Source: Rotaria sp.
Lineage: Eukaryota
Assembly (NCBI GenBank): GCA_905250055.1
Contig: CAJNOF010000042.1
Span: 365,805-429,804 of the forward strand
Direction of reading: 5' to 3'
Length of the DNA: 64,000 nt
Part shown: positions 24,134 through 35,280 of the stretch, piece after piece
Layout of the letters: each line of letters opens with the position of its first letter
How positions within the stretch are numbered: position 1 is the stretch's first letter
Translations under genes and position numbers: made by a program
Notes under the pieces: generated by a model
Seen by the model: only the letters and a program-made list of their open reading frames with translations
The model's database searches: none
What the model was told of the DNA's origin: nothing

Positions 24134-24367
24134 ATGCTAACATGGGAATGGGGTACGGATATTATACTCATCCGTCACCCTCATTCTCAAACAATACCAC
24201 ATCCACCATTTTCACCATATCTTTCACCATGTGACTTTTGGTTAAATGATTACATCAAGAACAATTTGACTGATCAAGCAAACGAAAAATCGCTAGTTCA
24301 GGCGATTACCAAGATAGTGAAGAATATTCCAGAAGAAGAATTTAAAAAGCTTTCGACAAATTGTTAG
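24134..24367 (+). pseudogene. Mariner/Tc1-like transposase C-terminal fragment (relic).
   Basis: The ORF translates ..HPHSQTIPHPPFSPYLSPCDFWLNDYIKNNL.., matching the conserved mariner/Tc1 C-terminal block HPPYSPDLAP(S/C)D(Y/F)xLF. No intact upstream DDE region or TIRs were found. Confidence 0.45.
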
Positions 24368-24510
24368 CCAGGATGGAACTGTGTATAAATAATAATGGTG
24401 ACTATTTTGAGCATTTGATAAAATAAAACTAAAAATATCTCTTGCTTTTTATATTTTTATTTGATCTTATCAGAACTTTTTGTCAGCCCTATAAGCATCA
24501 TCTTCAAGGA

Positions 24511-24533
24511 ATAAATAAATAAATAAATAAATT
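24511..24533. repeat. (AAAT)n microsatellite
   Basis: ataaataaataaataaataaatt. Confidence 0.8.
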
Positions 24534-25160
24534 TTCCTTTGAATGAGAAAATGAATAAAATATACTATTAATTTCTAATTGTAAATTTTGTTGAGCAAAT
24601 ATATTTAATATTTGACGAACAGAAGTTAACATTTGACAAAGATCATTTTGATTTCCACTATATAAAATATGAACAAATGGATTCGATCTTATTTCATTAT
24701 TATAATCAAGATTTGCTATTAGAGAAATAATATTATTCATATCTACTATAACATGACAAATTTCATTCAGTTGTACAATCAAAGGAGGGGGTCGTTTTCT
24801 GGGCAAATCGGCCCTCTAATCGAAGGGCTTTTTTCTCATTTAAAACGGTCACTTTTAACATCCTGAACTCAGGATCTTGAGGGTGTGTGGTCATTCAATT
24901 TACTAACACACCAAGATGAAGGAGAACCTCTTATAGTGTATTATTGGAAGTTACTCTTAACTTTTCGGTAATAGTATAGTATGATTATTATTAGCTTGGA
25001 AATTTTTCTCGAAAAACGTTCAACTAAAGTAATTCATAGTAGAAGAGTTATTATTAACATCCTTTAATCATAAGCAATTGATAAGTGATTACTTTAGCAG
25101 TAATCGAAACGCCTCTTGCTAGCTTTTGATTTGATTGAGTAATCATTCAATTTACTAATA

Positions 25161-25180
25161 CACCCACATCCACACCCTAC
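25161..25180. repeat. Short telomere-like C-strand fragment (cacccacatccacaccctac), about 1 kb from the 3' end of the S9 peptidase gene.
   Basis: Seen in sequence. Next to a duplicated 22-nt motif tcattcaatttactaa(c/t)acacc (24893 and 25141). Confidence 0.4.
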
Positions 25181-26185
25181 ATGATCAATGAGTTAACTTA
25201 TCTATTGAATGTGCTGATACATTATACTGTTATTCATATACACTATAATAGACTATAATAAAGCTGATATAGATGTATGAATATTTTATGCTGATGTTTT
25301 TTTCGTCTGATGATGGTATCTGAGAAATAGATACCGAAATAACACGTTTATGATTTATGTCAAAAAATTTTAGCTGTTTTTAATTTTTATATTGTGTTTC
25401 ATCTTACATAATTGTCCCATATTTCACTTTTAATACACACATTTACTTGAAGATCTTGTTTGTATCAAACTCCTCATTCAAGAGCATTCTCTGATTGGCT
25501 ATTTTGATGTGCAATCAATTTGTGTAGTTAAACAGTTGAAAGTCCATGAGATGAAAATAGCTTCGAATTCTCACTTTACTCTTATACTTCATGGAATACG
25601 AGAACATCTCGTTTTCTTGTTGACGTTTCGGCTTCCATCAGGTTTTTCTACGACCAAACTCGTACATAAACATCAAAACAGTTATTAATCTTATATTATC
25701 TATTTCAGGAATGTAATTCATATTAATCGGCTTGTTCTGTTGAAATCTGTACATACTAACAACGACAATTAAATGCTGGTAGTATTATTGATTTCATTTT
25801 ATCCAAATCCCTACCAAAAAATTAATTTTATTATTAAATGCAACAAAATATTAAATATTTCGCTGGAATAATTGAAAGTTTTTATTATATCTCTACTTAG
25901 AGAATGATCTGAATGGAGTTCATTTGCCAGCAGAGAATAACTGAGATTTTCTTTTTCTCTCTGATCAAAATACTGTCGCTAAATTGTCATCAAACTTCAA
26001 CGTAATAAGCACTGCTCTCGCAGTTTTTTTCACTTACATTTGATTACTAGCATGTGCCATGTCAAACGTTCCTTTTTACCATCTATTATTATTTTTTTTA
26101 TATCAAATCAACTATTTGAAACGTCATTTTATTAGTGCTTCTTATTCTAGAAAAAGCGTATCCCATTTCAATGCACTTTTCAAAT

Positions 26186-28297
26186 CTAATTGTCATTTAC
26201 CATACAACTTTTATGACCATATTTTTGTAACCATTTAAGTTCTTCTCGAACTTTGATTTTTCCATGCCATGGATTGTTTCGTAATGAATGTCCTTCATTC
26301 GGAAAAACTAATAATTGAACAGGTACACCAAGATAATGTAATCCACGTTCCAATATAAAACTTTGAATAGCAGGAACTCGAATGTCACCTGCTCCAGTAA
26401 CAATGTGCGTCGGCGTACACACTTTATCCAGTTGATTAATAAGAGATTCCCTTTCAAAAGTGTCCGATGCATTCCATGGAAATCCACCAAACAAATAATC
26501 TATAAGCACAGGAAAATCCATAATACCCCAAGTAGAAACATATTCAACTGGTCCAGCACCTGAGAGAGCAGCATTGAAACTTGTCGTTTGTGTTATCAAC
26601 CAGTTGGTTAGAAAACCACCGTAGCTGTAACCACCTACAGCTAAACGATTTCGATCAACAATACCATCTTGAATCAAACGATGGACACCAGAAAGAATAT
26701 CTCTTCCTGGTCGAGTTAAAGGTTGATAACGAATTTCATTAAGAAACTGATCACCATATCCTGTTGATCCTCGGTAGTTTGGTTCCAATACTAACCAACC
26801 TTGCGTAGCTGCCAATGGTGCCCACAAACCTGCACTGGCATGTAATTGATTGATATTTGCTGAATATGGACCACCATGAATAAGTACGAGAAGAGGCAAA
26901 TTTGTTGATTCGAACTTTTCAGGTGGATAATGTAGAAGTCCTTCGATTGTACGATCATCTTCATCGCTTGTCCATTGATAAGTTTTTACTTTAGGTAAAT
27001 TTCGTTCAGTAAATAATTTATTTTCGTTTGTTATTAATTTAGCAGATGTAAGTCGGTTTATGTTGTCAATAACATAAACTTCTTTGGGTTGCCCATAAGA
27101 TGAATAAACAAAAGCAATCGCACTCTTCCCGTGAGAGGATATTGATGATGACGAAATCGATTCATATGTTCCATTCCATCCGCGATGCAAAACTGTATAT
27201 TTTTTCGAAGATTGCTGTGTGTAGATTTGAACATTAGTTCCTAACTGTCCAAGTATATAAACTCCACCATCAGGTCGTATAACGTATTCCATAATGCGAC
27301 CATCAAAGTCTTTTGCTAGACGTTGAGTTTGTCCACTTGTTAGATCCAGCGAATATAATCTTTCTTGAGTAATGATATTTGCACTATTGGTCGATTCTGG
27401 ACCCGACGTACGAAATAGAACATGTTTACCATCATTGGACAATTTTAAATTTGTTTCGAACACTTCATTCGTTGTTAATCTTGATAGTGATGATGTATTG
27501 CAAAGATCGATTGAATATATTTCAAAATCATTCCTCTTTTCAAAGATTCCTTTGACTGATGTAAAAATAAGTTTCTGTTCACATGATGAAAATACGAGTT
27601 CACCAATTTGAAAAGGAACATTTTGGACAATATTTAGATTTGTAGATGTTTGTCGATTTTTTCGATTAATACTCACATGATAGATCGTACTTTCATCAGT
27701 TGCTTTTCGTTTTCGATATTGAATGACATCTTTCCATTCCATATCATCTATATAATCATTTTCTTTTGTTAAATTTGATCGACTTGTAGCAAAATAAAGA
27801 GATGAATCATTGTTGGCCCATGTTATAACAGATGGTACTTTTGATCCGATTGGAATTGGTATCAATCGTTCTGATACGGTACAATATAGATACATGTACT
27901 GTTCTGTTTGAGAGTGACTGTTGGATGAATGACTTAAGTCTGTAGTTTTATTCATGGTATTTGTATTTGTTTTCTCGTTCAATAACAATACAACCCAATT
28001 TCCACTTGGTGACCATTTTGGTTTGAAATTTTCTGATAATTTTTTGGTGATCAATTTTTTTTTATGTCTTGGTGTTTCATAAAGCCAAAGATTGTTTTCA
28101 TATGAGTTCAAATTCCATAATGGTCGCATCGTATGAACTAGTAAATGTCGACCATTTGGAGAAATACTGACCGATGGAAAATGAACGTAATTGAAAAATT
28201 CATCGAATGTAAGGGTTGGTTTCATTGGTATTGATGCAGACAAAACAAATGGGAAAAACAATAGCAATGGTGATATCATTTTGATTCTTCCTGACAA
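26186..28297 (-). CDS. Secreted S9-family serine peptidase (prolyl oligopeptidase / dipeptidyl-peptidase / acylaminoacyl-peptidase type): N-terminal beta-propeller plus C-terminal alpha/beta-hydrolase. 703 aa, intronless.
   Basis: Single uninterrupted ORF. N-terminus MSGRIKMISPLLLFFPFVLSASIP is signal-peptide-like. The C-terminal domain carries the nucleophile elbow GGYSYGG within ..LAVGGYSYGGFLTNWL.., then ..GAGDIRVP.. (Asp) and ..NEGHSL.. (His), the S9 triad order Ser-Asp-His. The block ..LIHGGPYSA.. and the 400-aa propeller-like N-terminal half fit this family. Confidence 0.9.
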   Translation of the reverse strand: MSGRIKMISPLLLFFPFVLSASIPMKPTLTFDEFFNYVHFPSVSISPNGRHLLVHTMRPLWNLNSYENNLWLYETPRHKKKLITKKLSENFKPKWSPSGNWVVLLLNEKTNTNTMNKTTDLSHSSNSHSQTEQYMYLYCTVSERLIPIPIGSKVPSVITWANNDSSLYFATSRSNLTKENDYIDDMEWKDVIQYRKRKATDESTIYHVSINRKNRQTSTNLNIVQNVPFQIGELVFSSCEQKLIFTSVKGIFEKRNDFEIYSIDLCNTSSLSRLTTNEVFETNLKLSNDGKHVLFRTSGPESTNSANIITQERLYSLDLTSGQTQRLAKDFDGRIMEYVIRPDGGVYILGQLGTNVQIYTQQSSKKYTVLHRGWNGTYESISSSSISSHGKSAIAFVYSSYGQPKEVYVIDNINRLTSAKLITNENKLFTERNLPKVKTYQWTSDEDDRTIEGLLHYPPEKFESTNLPLLVLIHGGPYSANINQLHASAGLWAPLAATQGWLVLEPNYRGSTGYGDQFLNEIRYQPLTRPGRDILSGVHRLIQDGIVDRNRLAVGGYSYGGFLTNWLITQTTSFNAALSGAGPVEYVSTWGIMDFPVLIDYLFGGFPWNASDTFERESLINQLDKVCTPTHIVTGAGDIRVPAIQSFILERGLHYLGVPVQLLVFPNEGHSLRNNPWHGKIKVREELKWLQKYGHKSCMVNDN

Positions 28298-29457
28298 CCT
28301 AAAGTAATAAGAAGATATGTACCGTTTTGGATGAATTTTTATGGGTTGTATCAGATAAAGGTTTCATGCGAACTGAAGAATCATACGAGACGATTTAGAA
28401 CGAACTTTTTATATCTATAACATAGAAAAAACAAGGAATGAAAAAAGAATTTTACTCAGCTTAAGTAGTGTTTGCCTTCTTAGGACACTCCATCTTGATT
28501 GTTTATTGAAAATTAAACTTATGTGTTATTGAGATAGCAAAATGAGTTATAATTTTACTTGTTGAACAAAAGAGTTCAAAAATGAATACATTCAAACAAC
28601 AAGGAAAACTAACTTCTGTCTCACATCAAATGCTTTCATTCAAGGGACTAACTTCATAATATTCATGCGTTATCTATTCCGGCTCAGTCCTTTTGATCCA
28701 TTCTGTTGTTCCCAAATTGAATACAACAAACGATAACTTAATGATGCCTTAAACTGACGTTTATTGTCAAGCAAGGTGTGTCATGAAATGTTGTTTTTAA
28801 AAGGTTTTTCTCAACAATTCACGGTACAAGAGACGAGGTACTCTGCCAATAGCTCAAGTGTTCATATTGAAAAATAAGGAAATATTGAGAACAAAATAAA
28901 GCCTACACATACCCTTATTCTGCAAGATATTAGTATGTCTTAGTTTTGTGAACTGCAGATATTTATGTCCATGAAGTTTTATAATCCTACCCTTGAAACA
29001 TGGCGAACACACCTGTACGTATATGTGACACCTTTCGAATAGATTAAAGATAAAAGTATATACATTCGTTGCTGCAGTGAACTTTTTCTTACTTTTTGAT
29101 TTTATATGTTGTCCTGTTATTGTGTTCTCTCGACAAAAAGACATGACATTTTTTTTGTGATCAAGTAAACGAGAGACCAAAATGGTGATTATATCAACAG
29201 CTTTTATTGAATGTGCTAGTCTCACATTGGTATGATACTTGAATACATAGCCTTTTAAATATAATTGCTTTTCAAACGACAATTTAACATCAAGACTATA
29301 ATCTTATATATGATTATATCATAAAAAAGCCTTTTATGTCTGCACAAGATTAGCTCAGAAAGACTTATTGATTTGAAACTTTTCGTCATGCTACTAATCA
29401 ATGCAAGAAAATTTTGACAATCTGGACCTAAAATTTGGATATGCGTGCAGAGAAAAC

Positions 29458-29475
29458 CCACACTCACACCCACCA
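29458..29475. repeat. Short telomere-like C-strand fragment (cccacactcacacccacc) about 1.2 kb from the 5' end of the S9 peptidase gene.
   Basis: Seen in sequence. Confidence 0.35.
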
Positions 29476-29705
29476 TTCAAGGCGCCCTATCAATAGATTA
29501 GGTAACTATACGAGAAAAAAAAAGAAAAGATTGATAGTAGTTTGAAATTGATATATACCATTATTCTTTTCACTATTACCCTCTCATTGTCTTGTAAGCT
29601 GCGGATATTCGTATCCAAGACATTTTATAATCCTTTGATATATATATATATGACAAATGCACCTGCATGTATATAAGACAACTCTTGAATGGATTGAGGA
29701 ATAGT

Positions 29706-30294
29706 AACTATTGTCGAATTTTTAAAAAAAAAGCCAGCCACCATTTTTTGAATAACTCTTCACCATTGATAGCTATCGTGTTCAGGTTTTAACCATTTGA
29801 TAGAGCGGCGCGGGGGGGGGGGGGCGGGGGGATGCTTTTTTTTTTAAACAAATTGTTTAAGGAACATATTTAATTGCTAAGAGTTTTCGTTACCAATTTC
29901 ATTAGTTTTCATAGAGACCTAGGCTTGAATTACACCAAAATGTAGCTCGGAGGGTACTGTATCTGTGATAAACTTTTCAGCTCTTTCTGTCATTGTCTCG
30001 AATACGATAGTTCGTTAAAATTCTGAGAATTTAATCCAAATTCCGGACTCTCCAAGCTAAATTTTAGTGTAATTTAAGCCTAAGTCTCAACGAAAACTAA
30101 TGAAATTGATAACGAAAACTCTTAGCAATTAAATATGTACTATAAAAAACTTCTTTGGTCCTAGTGAGTCTCATATAGATAGACGCCCCTCGTGCCGCTC
30201 TATCGAATGGCTAAAACCTGAACTCGATAGCTATCAATGGTAAAGAGTTATTCAAAAAATGATGGCTGGCATTTAAAAAAAAATTCCACAATAG
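29706..30294. mobile_element. Foldback / MITE-like element, copy B of the family at 7814-8399 (roughly 90% similar over the terminal arms by eye); contains a G15CG6 homopolymer tract at 29803-29830.
   Basis: The termini ctattgtcgaatttttaaaaaaaaagccagccaccattttttgaataactcttcaccattgatagctatcg ... cgatagctatcaatggtaaagagttattcaaaaaatgatggctggcatttaaaaaaaaattccacaatag match copy A, and the interior is likewise palindromic. Confidence 0.65.
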
Positions 30295-33200
30295 TTTCTG
30301 TCTATTTGAAGGATTTTCAATATATAATCGGAGCTTGTCGAATTCTTCTCGTCTATCAGTGATAACAATTGGTTTTGAAAATTATTCGAACATCAATCTG
30401 TTTTTCTTTCTCTCGATCATATTCGACAAGAAATTTCTTTGAAGGTCTTTCTTACAAACATTCCTAGAAACATCATTTAAAAAATCGAAATTGATACAGT
30501 TCAATGTTTGTTGAAAACTATTAAAGAAAATCAAATTTTGGAACGTGAAAAAAAAGAGTAGAGTTTGATTAATATTCATGTAAAAATTATTTTTTACGAA
30601 AATTGTTGATCATCACTGATTGTTTTCGTTCAAGAGTTTTTGAGCAAAACTTCACGATCGTAATAATTTCACTGATTCGTTCGGTAAGAATAACAAAAGT
30701 ATATCAGTAAAGCCAATCAATATCTTTTGATATATTCCTGTTTAATCTTATGACTATCTTGCTTAAATCGATCAATACTAAACTCAATGGTTGTCATTGG
30801 GGGTCAAGCGAAATCCAAGGTTCGACCACCTCAGTCCATAAAAATAATTGAATGACTGTTGCATGTTGTTCAACGATTAATCATTGTTTCATATCGCCTA
30901 TTGTTAGCAGCAATCAATAAAGAAAAGAAAAACCGGAAAGTTGGAAATTTGCGCGAGTTGAGCATTATGTCAGAAAAATGGATTAGCTGTGAAAAAGTCA
31001 ACATTTTGTGTTTAAAAGCCGTTCAAAACAATTTAAACACACATATTGTGAATTGCACAGAGAATCTCCTCGAGTGAATCATTTTTCGTAGTGTGTCAAG
31101 CGTTCGCGTTTGATCCTTTTATCAAATAAACATGAAAATCAGTTTCTTTCCCTTTCACATCTCGTGCCTTACTGTTCCATTTTGATATTTATAAGATCTT
31201 ATGTACTACTTCAATGTAATTTTTAGTTAGGAAAGGATTAGTTGGCGGTGCATTTATACGACTCCTCTTATAAGGAAGAAAGCTAGCTCAGTCGATTGTT
31301 CCAGATGATTGTTTGAGTTTAAGACTAATACGAGTGCTAATTTAATCATGGAAAATTTAAAAATTATCTTCGCAATACTCGTCAATACAGATTCATGTTT
31401 GCTTTTTAGCGTTCAAAGACAACCTCATGTTTGCCGAAGTGATTTGATGGGTATTGGGGTTATGCGTCCCTTGTGCAGAAAGCAAATTTTATACATCAAG
31501 TAGTGTTTTTTCAACAAGACTTATGCTTTTTATGTATATAGAAGAACTGATTGTTGTTTATAGAATGAATTGCTGATCTTGGTCAAGACTTATTTGCTTG
31601 ATTTTGACCAGACAAGATATTCTGAGAAAATCTAAGACAAAATGTAGAAACAATGTCTCGATGTTTGGACGATTGATCTTCAAGAAAACTATCTCGTACG
31701 ATACATATGAAAAGTGACAATTCTTTTATGACATTGGTCTTCATCTTAAAAATATTTCAATATCAATTGATCAATACTTTTGAGATTATCTATTGATTAG
31801 AACGAATCAAAATGTTTTCTGGATCATTTTGAAACATTGAAAACCGTTCATCGTCTGACTAAATTACATTATCCAGTAATGTCAATTCTATTCGATGAAA
31901 TTCAAAACAACTCCACATGTCGAATCGATTTCTCTGTGATTGAACAAAAACTTTCGAACACTCTTTTCATCGACGATCGATTATTTCGAGTGTGATATTC
32001 ACGTCGGTGACTGTAAGAATACGATGAGCAAAAGCATTTAGAACTACCATCATTTTCATGAAGAATTCTCGTGTTTAGATTGAATGTTATTTCCAATAGC
32101 GTGCTACTCTAGTGCCCACTTAGTAGCATGATTTATCGCTCTGTTTCCGACTGAGGAATCCATGTGCAAAGCTTTCGATGAAAATAAGATCTATTCTTTT
32201 CGATTATCAATACCACAAGAGAATATCCTAGAAATTGATGCGATTCCATTTGCTTTTGCTGTTGAATTATCCGACAAGCAACATGAGTTGAATCTACTAA
32301 GATAAATAGGATAAGAACGCTCACATAAGTCGGTAATTACTCGACGTAGAACTTATCAAAAGAGAAAACGACAATTTTAATTACATGTGTATGAGATTTT
32401 GAATCAAAACTCATTCAAAATAAATGTTGAATGTTAAAGTCAACGAAAAATTTTCAAGACGATTTTCATCTGTGAAATTGGTCCGTTCTAAAATTATCGA
32501 GAAAATTCTTGCTTCATCAAGAAAAGACTCAAAAGAAATGAATACATTCAAGAAAGTAAAAAAAACATCGCTATGAAATTGTACCCTTGTTTTCAAAGTC
32601 CAATTTAATCTCGATAACTAGTTTATTGATAATTCTTTTATTTCCTTTTGTAAGAACTCATAATTGTCTAAGCAAATCAGAATATGAGCCGATGTGAATA
32701 TGACACATCGCTTCAAACAAAAACACCTTTCTGATATTGGTCATCTCATGCTATCTGTGGCCAGTTTGTGTCGATAATACTTTCTATACTAGCATTCGTA
32801 AACCGATTACTTGATATTTTATCCTTCACAAGCAGCCATAATCTATGACTGACAACACAACTTCGTCGTCTACTCTTCAGCAGAACTGTTCATCACTTTA
32901 TACTGCTGTCTATTCATCTTCAGCTAAAGCTACTAAGATTGTAAATAAATACATTCGGGTTAGACTCGTTTGAATAGTAATATTACATATAAATTCCTCA
33001 TTAATTCTTCACGGCTAGTGCATAGACTTCTTCCACTTCAAGTTTGCATTAGCTTAGCAATCTATGTGTTTATTTATGTTTTTTTTGTTTCCATCCGTTC
33101 TCTCTGAATTTGATGCATTTGATTTGATTTATGAATTTATTTCAATTGAGAAGTGAGAACCAATTAATGGTGACAGTGCGCTTCGTGTTACTAATAGAAT

Positions 33201-34242
33201 TTCTTCACATGACCCACACCCAAAAATCATGAATGAAGCATTCTCTTTTCGCATTATTTTCAATATGTGTTGAGCCTTGAATCCTTTTTCGTTCTTTCTC
33301 CATGAAACAAGTCTTTTGACATAATTAACTCATGCAGCACTAATTTAAACATCGCAAATCTTTATTGGATGAGAGAATGATTGAAAAGCGGTCAACACAG
33401 TCTCCTATTCTTTGGTGTTGACAAAGCTTCTTTATTCATATTTTTAAACAATAAGAAATGTCTATATAAACTTTCGTCTAATAATAATGTCTCATCGAAG
33501 AGAGAATATTTCAATTTCATTGGATCTCTTTCATCATGCCAAAGCGATCTTAAACTTTAATAAATATAATATGGTTCGAATTATTCATGTTGTCCATGTT
33601 CGAAAAAGAGCTTCATTGCGGGGCAATCTAAGGTACTTATAAATTGAAATATATTATCGAAGTGTTACAGTACTCTGAAGTATTGCTTTACAAATAGCAT
33701 CGTCATTTCAATGTTACGCGTTTTATTAATGATAGTTTCAAATTGAGACGTATATTGAGCTATAATTCTTGTTTCCTTGTGTCTGCGTAGAAATTGAAAG
33801 TATGCCAATTTGAATAAAATAATTTTTATAACACGCGTAATTATTAATTGAACTTGTCAGAATAATATTGGATTACAATTAATAAACAAGCTCTGCAAAA
33901 ATCACGATTTCACTTCTAAGGAAAATTGGCAGCTAATTCAAGTCATAAGTGGTTCGAAAAGAACTACACTCTTCTTCTCTTTTTAAGGTTTTATTGAATT
34001 AATTTTTTATTCAATTTTCTACAAGGTTATATGAAACTATTTTTTTTGCAATATACCAATAGAAAAATCCGTACGATATTTTGAAAGAAATGAAAACCTT
34101 GAAAATATAGAATTATATAAGACTTCCGATTTTTGGGTAATGCGAAAAAATAGAAAGATGTCTGAACAAATTTTCGAATATATTTCTCGATCATATATAG
34201 CCTTGAAAGATATCAATTTCTCTAAAGTTAGTCGAAATCAGT

Positions 34243-35280
34243 CGATATCAGAGTTGCCAACAGGCGACTTTGTTTCAGTCTGGCCTGGCCTGCCGCCTGA
34301 TTTGATAAGCCTGCCTGCAGACCAGATCAGGCGAAACCAGGTTGACTAATGTTTCTGATTTTTTCAAATTTATTACTTTTACAATGTTGCTTCAATCTAC
34401 GATGTTAGTTTCAATTAACTATTCAATTCATTTTCATGAAAGTAATGAAATACACGTCGATAGTTCTTACAAAACTGAAACCGAGAATAAAATCGACACC
34501 GACTTTTCAAAAATATTTGAAACTGAAAAGTGATTTGAACTGTGCAGAAACACTGCAGCCTTTAACCTGTCAAGTAGATATTGAAATCCTAAAATTTATC
34601 TTTAGACATCGTTCATTATTGCTTTTGTTCTTTGAATCAGAGTATTGGTATATATGCAAAGTGTTGTTTTTCATGAGTGTTGAGTTCTATGACGCCTTCA
34701 ATCCCAAATATTTGATACTGACAATTTCTCGAAATATATCTAAAAGTTTATATTTGTCTTATGTCTCACAATGGTTGCTGTTATACGTAACGCTGTGGGA
34801 CACGAACTGCAACGACCTTTTCCTCATTTTCATTCAGCAAAATAGGAAATATTATTCTCATTTAGAGGACTTCTTGGAGCCAAGGAACTCTGTAATTAAG
34901 AAACAAACTCTTCCAGAAAGGTTAATTAAAACAATGAAGAGTATTGTAAATATTTTTGGCAGAATCAGATTGTAAACGAATGGCAGCTACTAAATATCGA
35001 AAGTAAAAGTTTTGAACAGGAAAACAAACGAGACCTGACCTCAAAAGAGTAAGAGATAAAAATAAAAAGGATGAAAAAGAAAAGTTATCGAATGCATAAA
35101 AACGTTGATTTGTGAAAATACTGAAGAGCAAATGCCGAAAGTCAACATTCTTGAACTGCGATGTCAATTTATGTTTAAAGTTGACTACTGAAAAATTGAG
35201 TATTACATCACACCCAGGCCAAAATTTCAAAATTCAGCCTGGCCTGCGGCCTGGCAGGCTAGCAACTCTGGTCGATATTG
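34243..35280. mobile_element. Candidate non-autonomous DNA-transposon relic (about 1.04 kb) bounded by imperfect terminal inverted repeats; no recognisable transposase inside.
   Basis: Left cgatatcAGAGTTGCcaaCAGGCgactttgtttcagtctggcctggcctgccgcctg pairs with the right reverse complement caatatcgaccAGAGTTGCtagCctGCcaggccgcaggccaggctg (35236-35280). Internal ORFs (34436-34975 and others) have no recognisable domains. Confidence 0.45.

Noticed and set aside
26308-27611. ORFs 26308-26490 (-), 26363-26563 (+), 27372-27611 (+)
   Set aside because: Shadow ORFs entirely inside the 703-aa S9 peptidase ORF.
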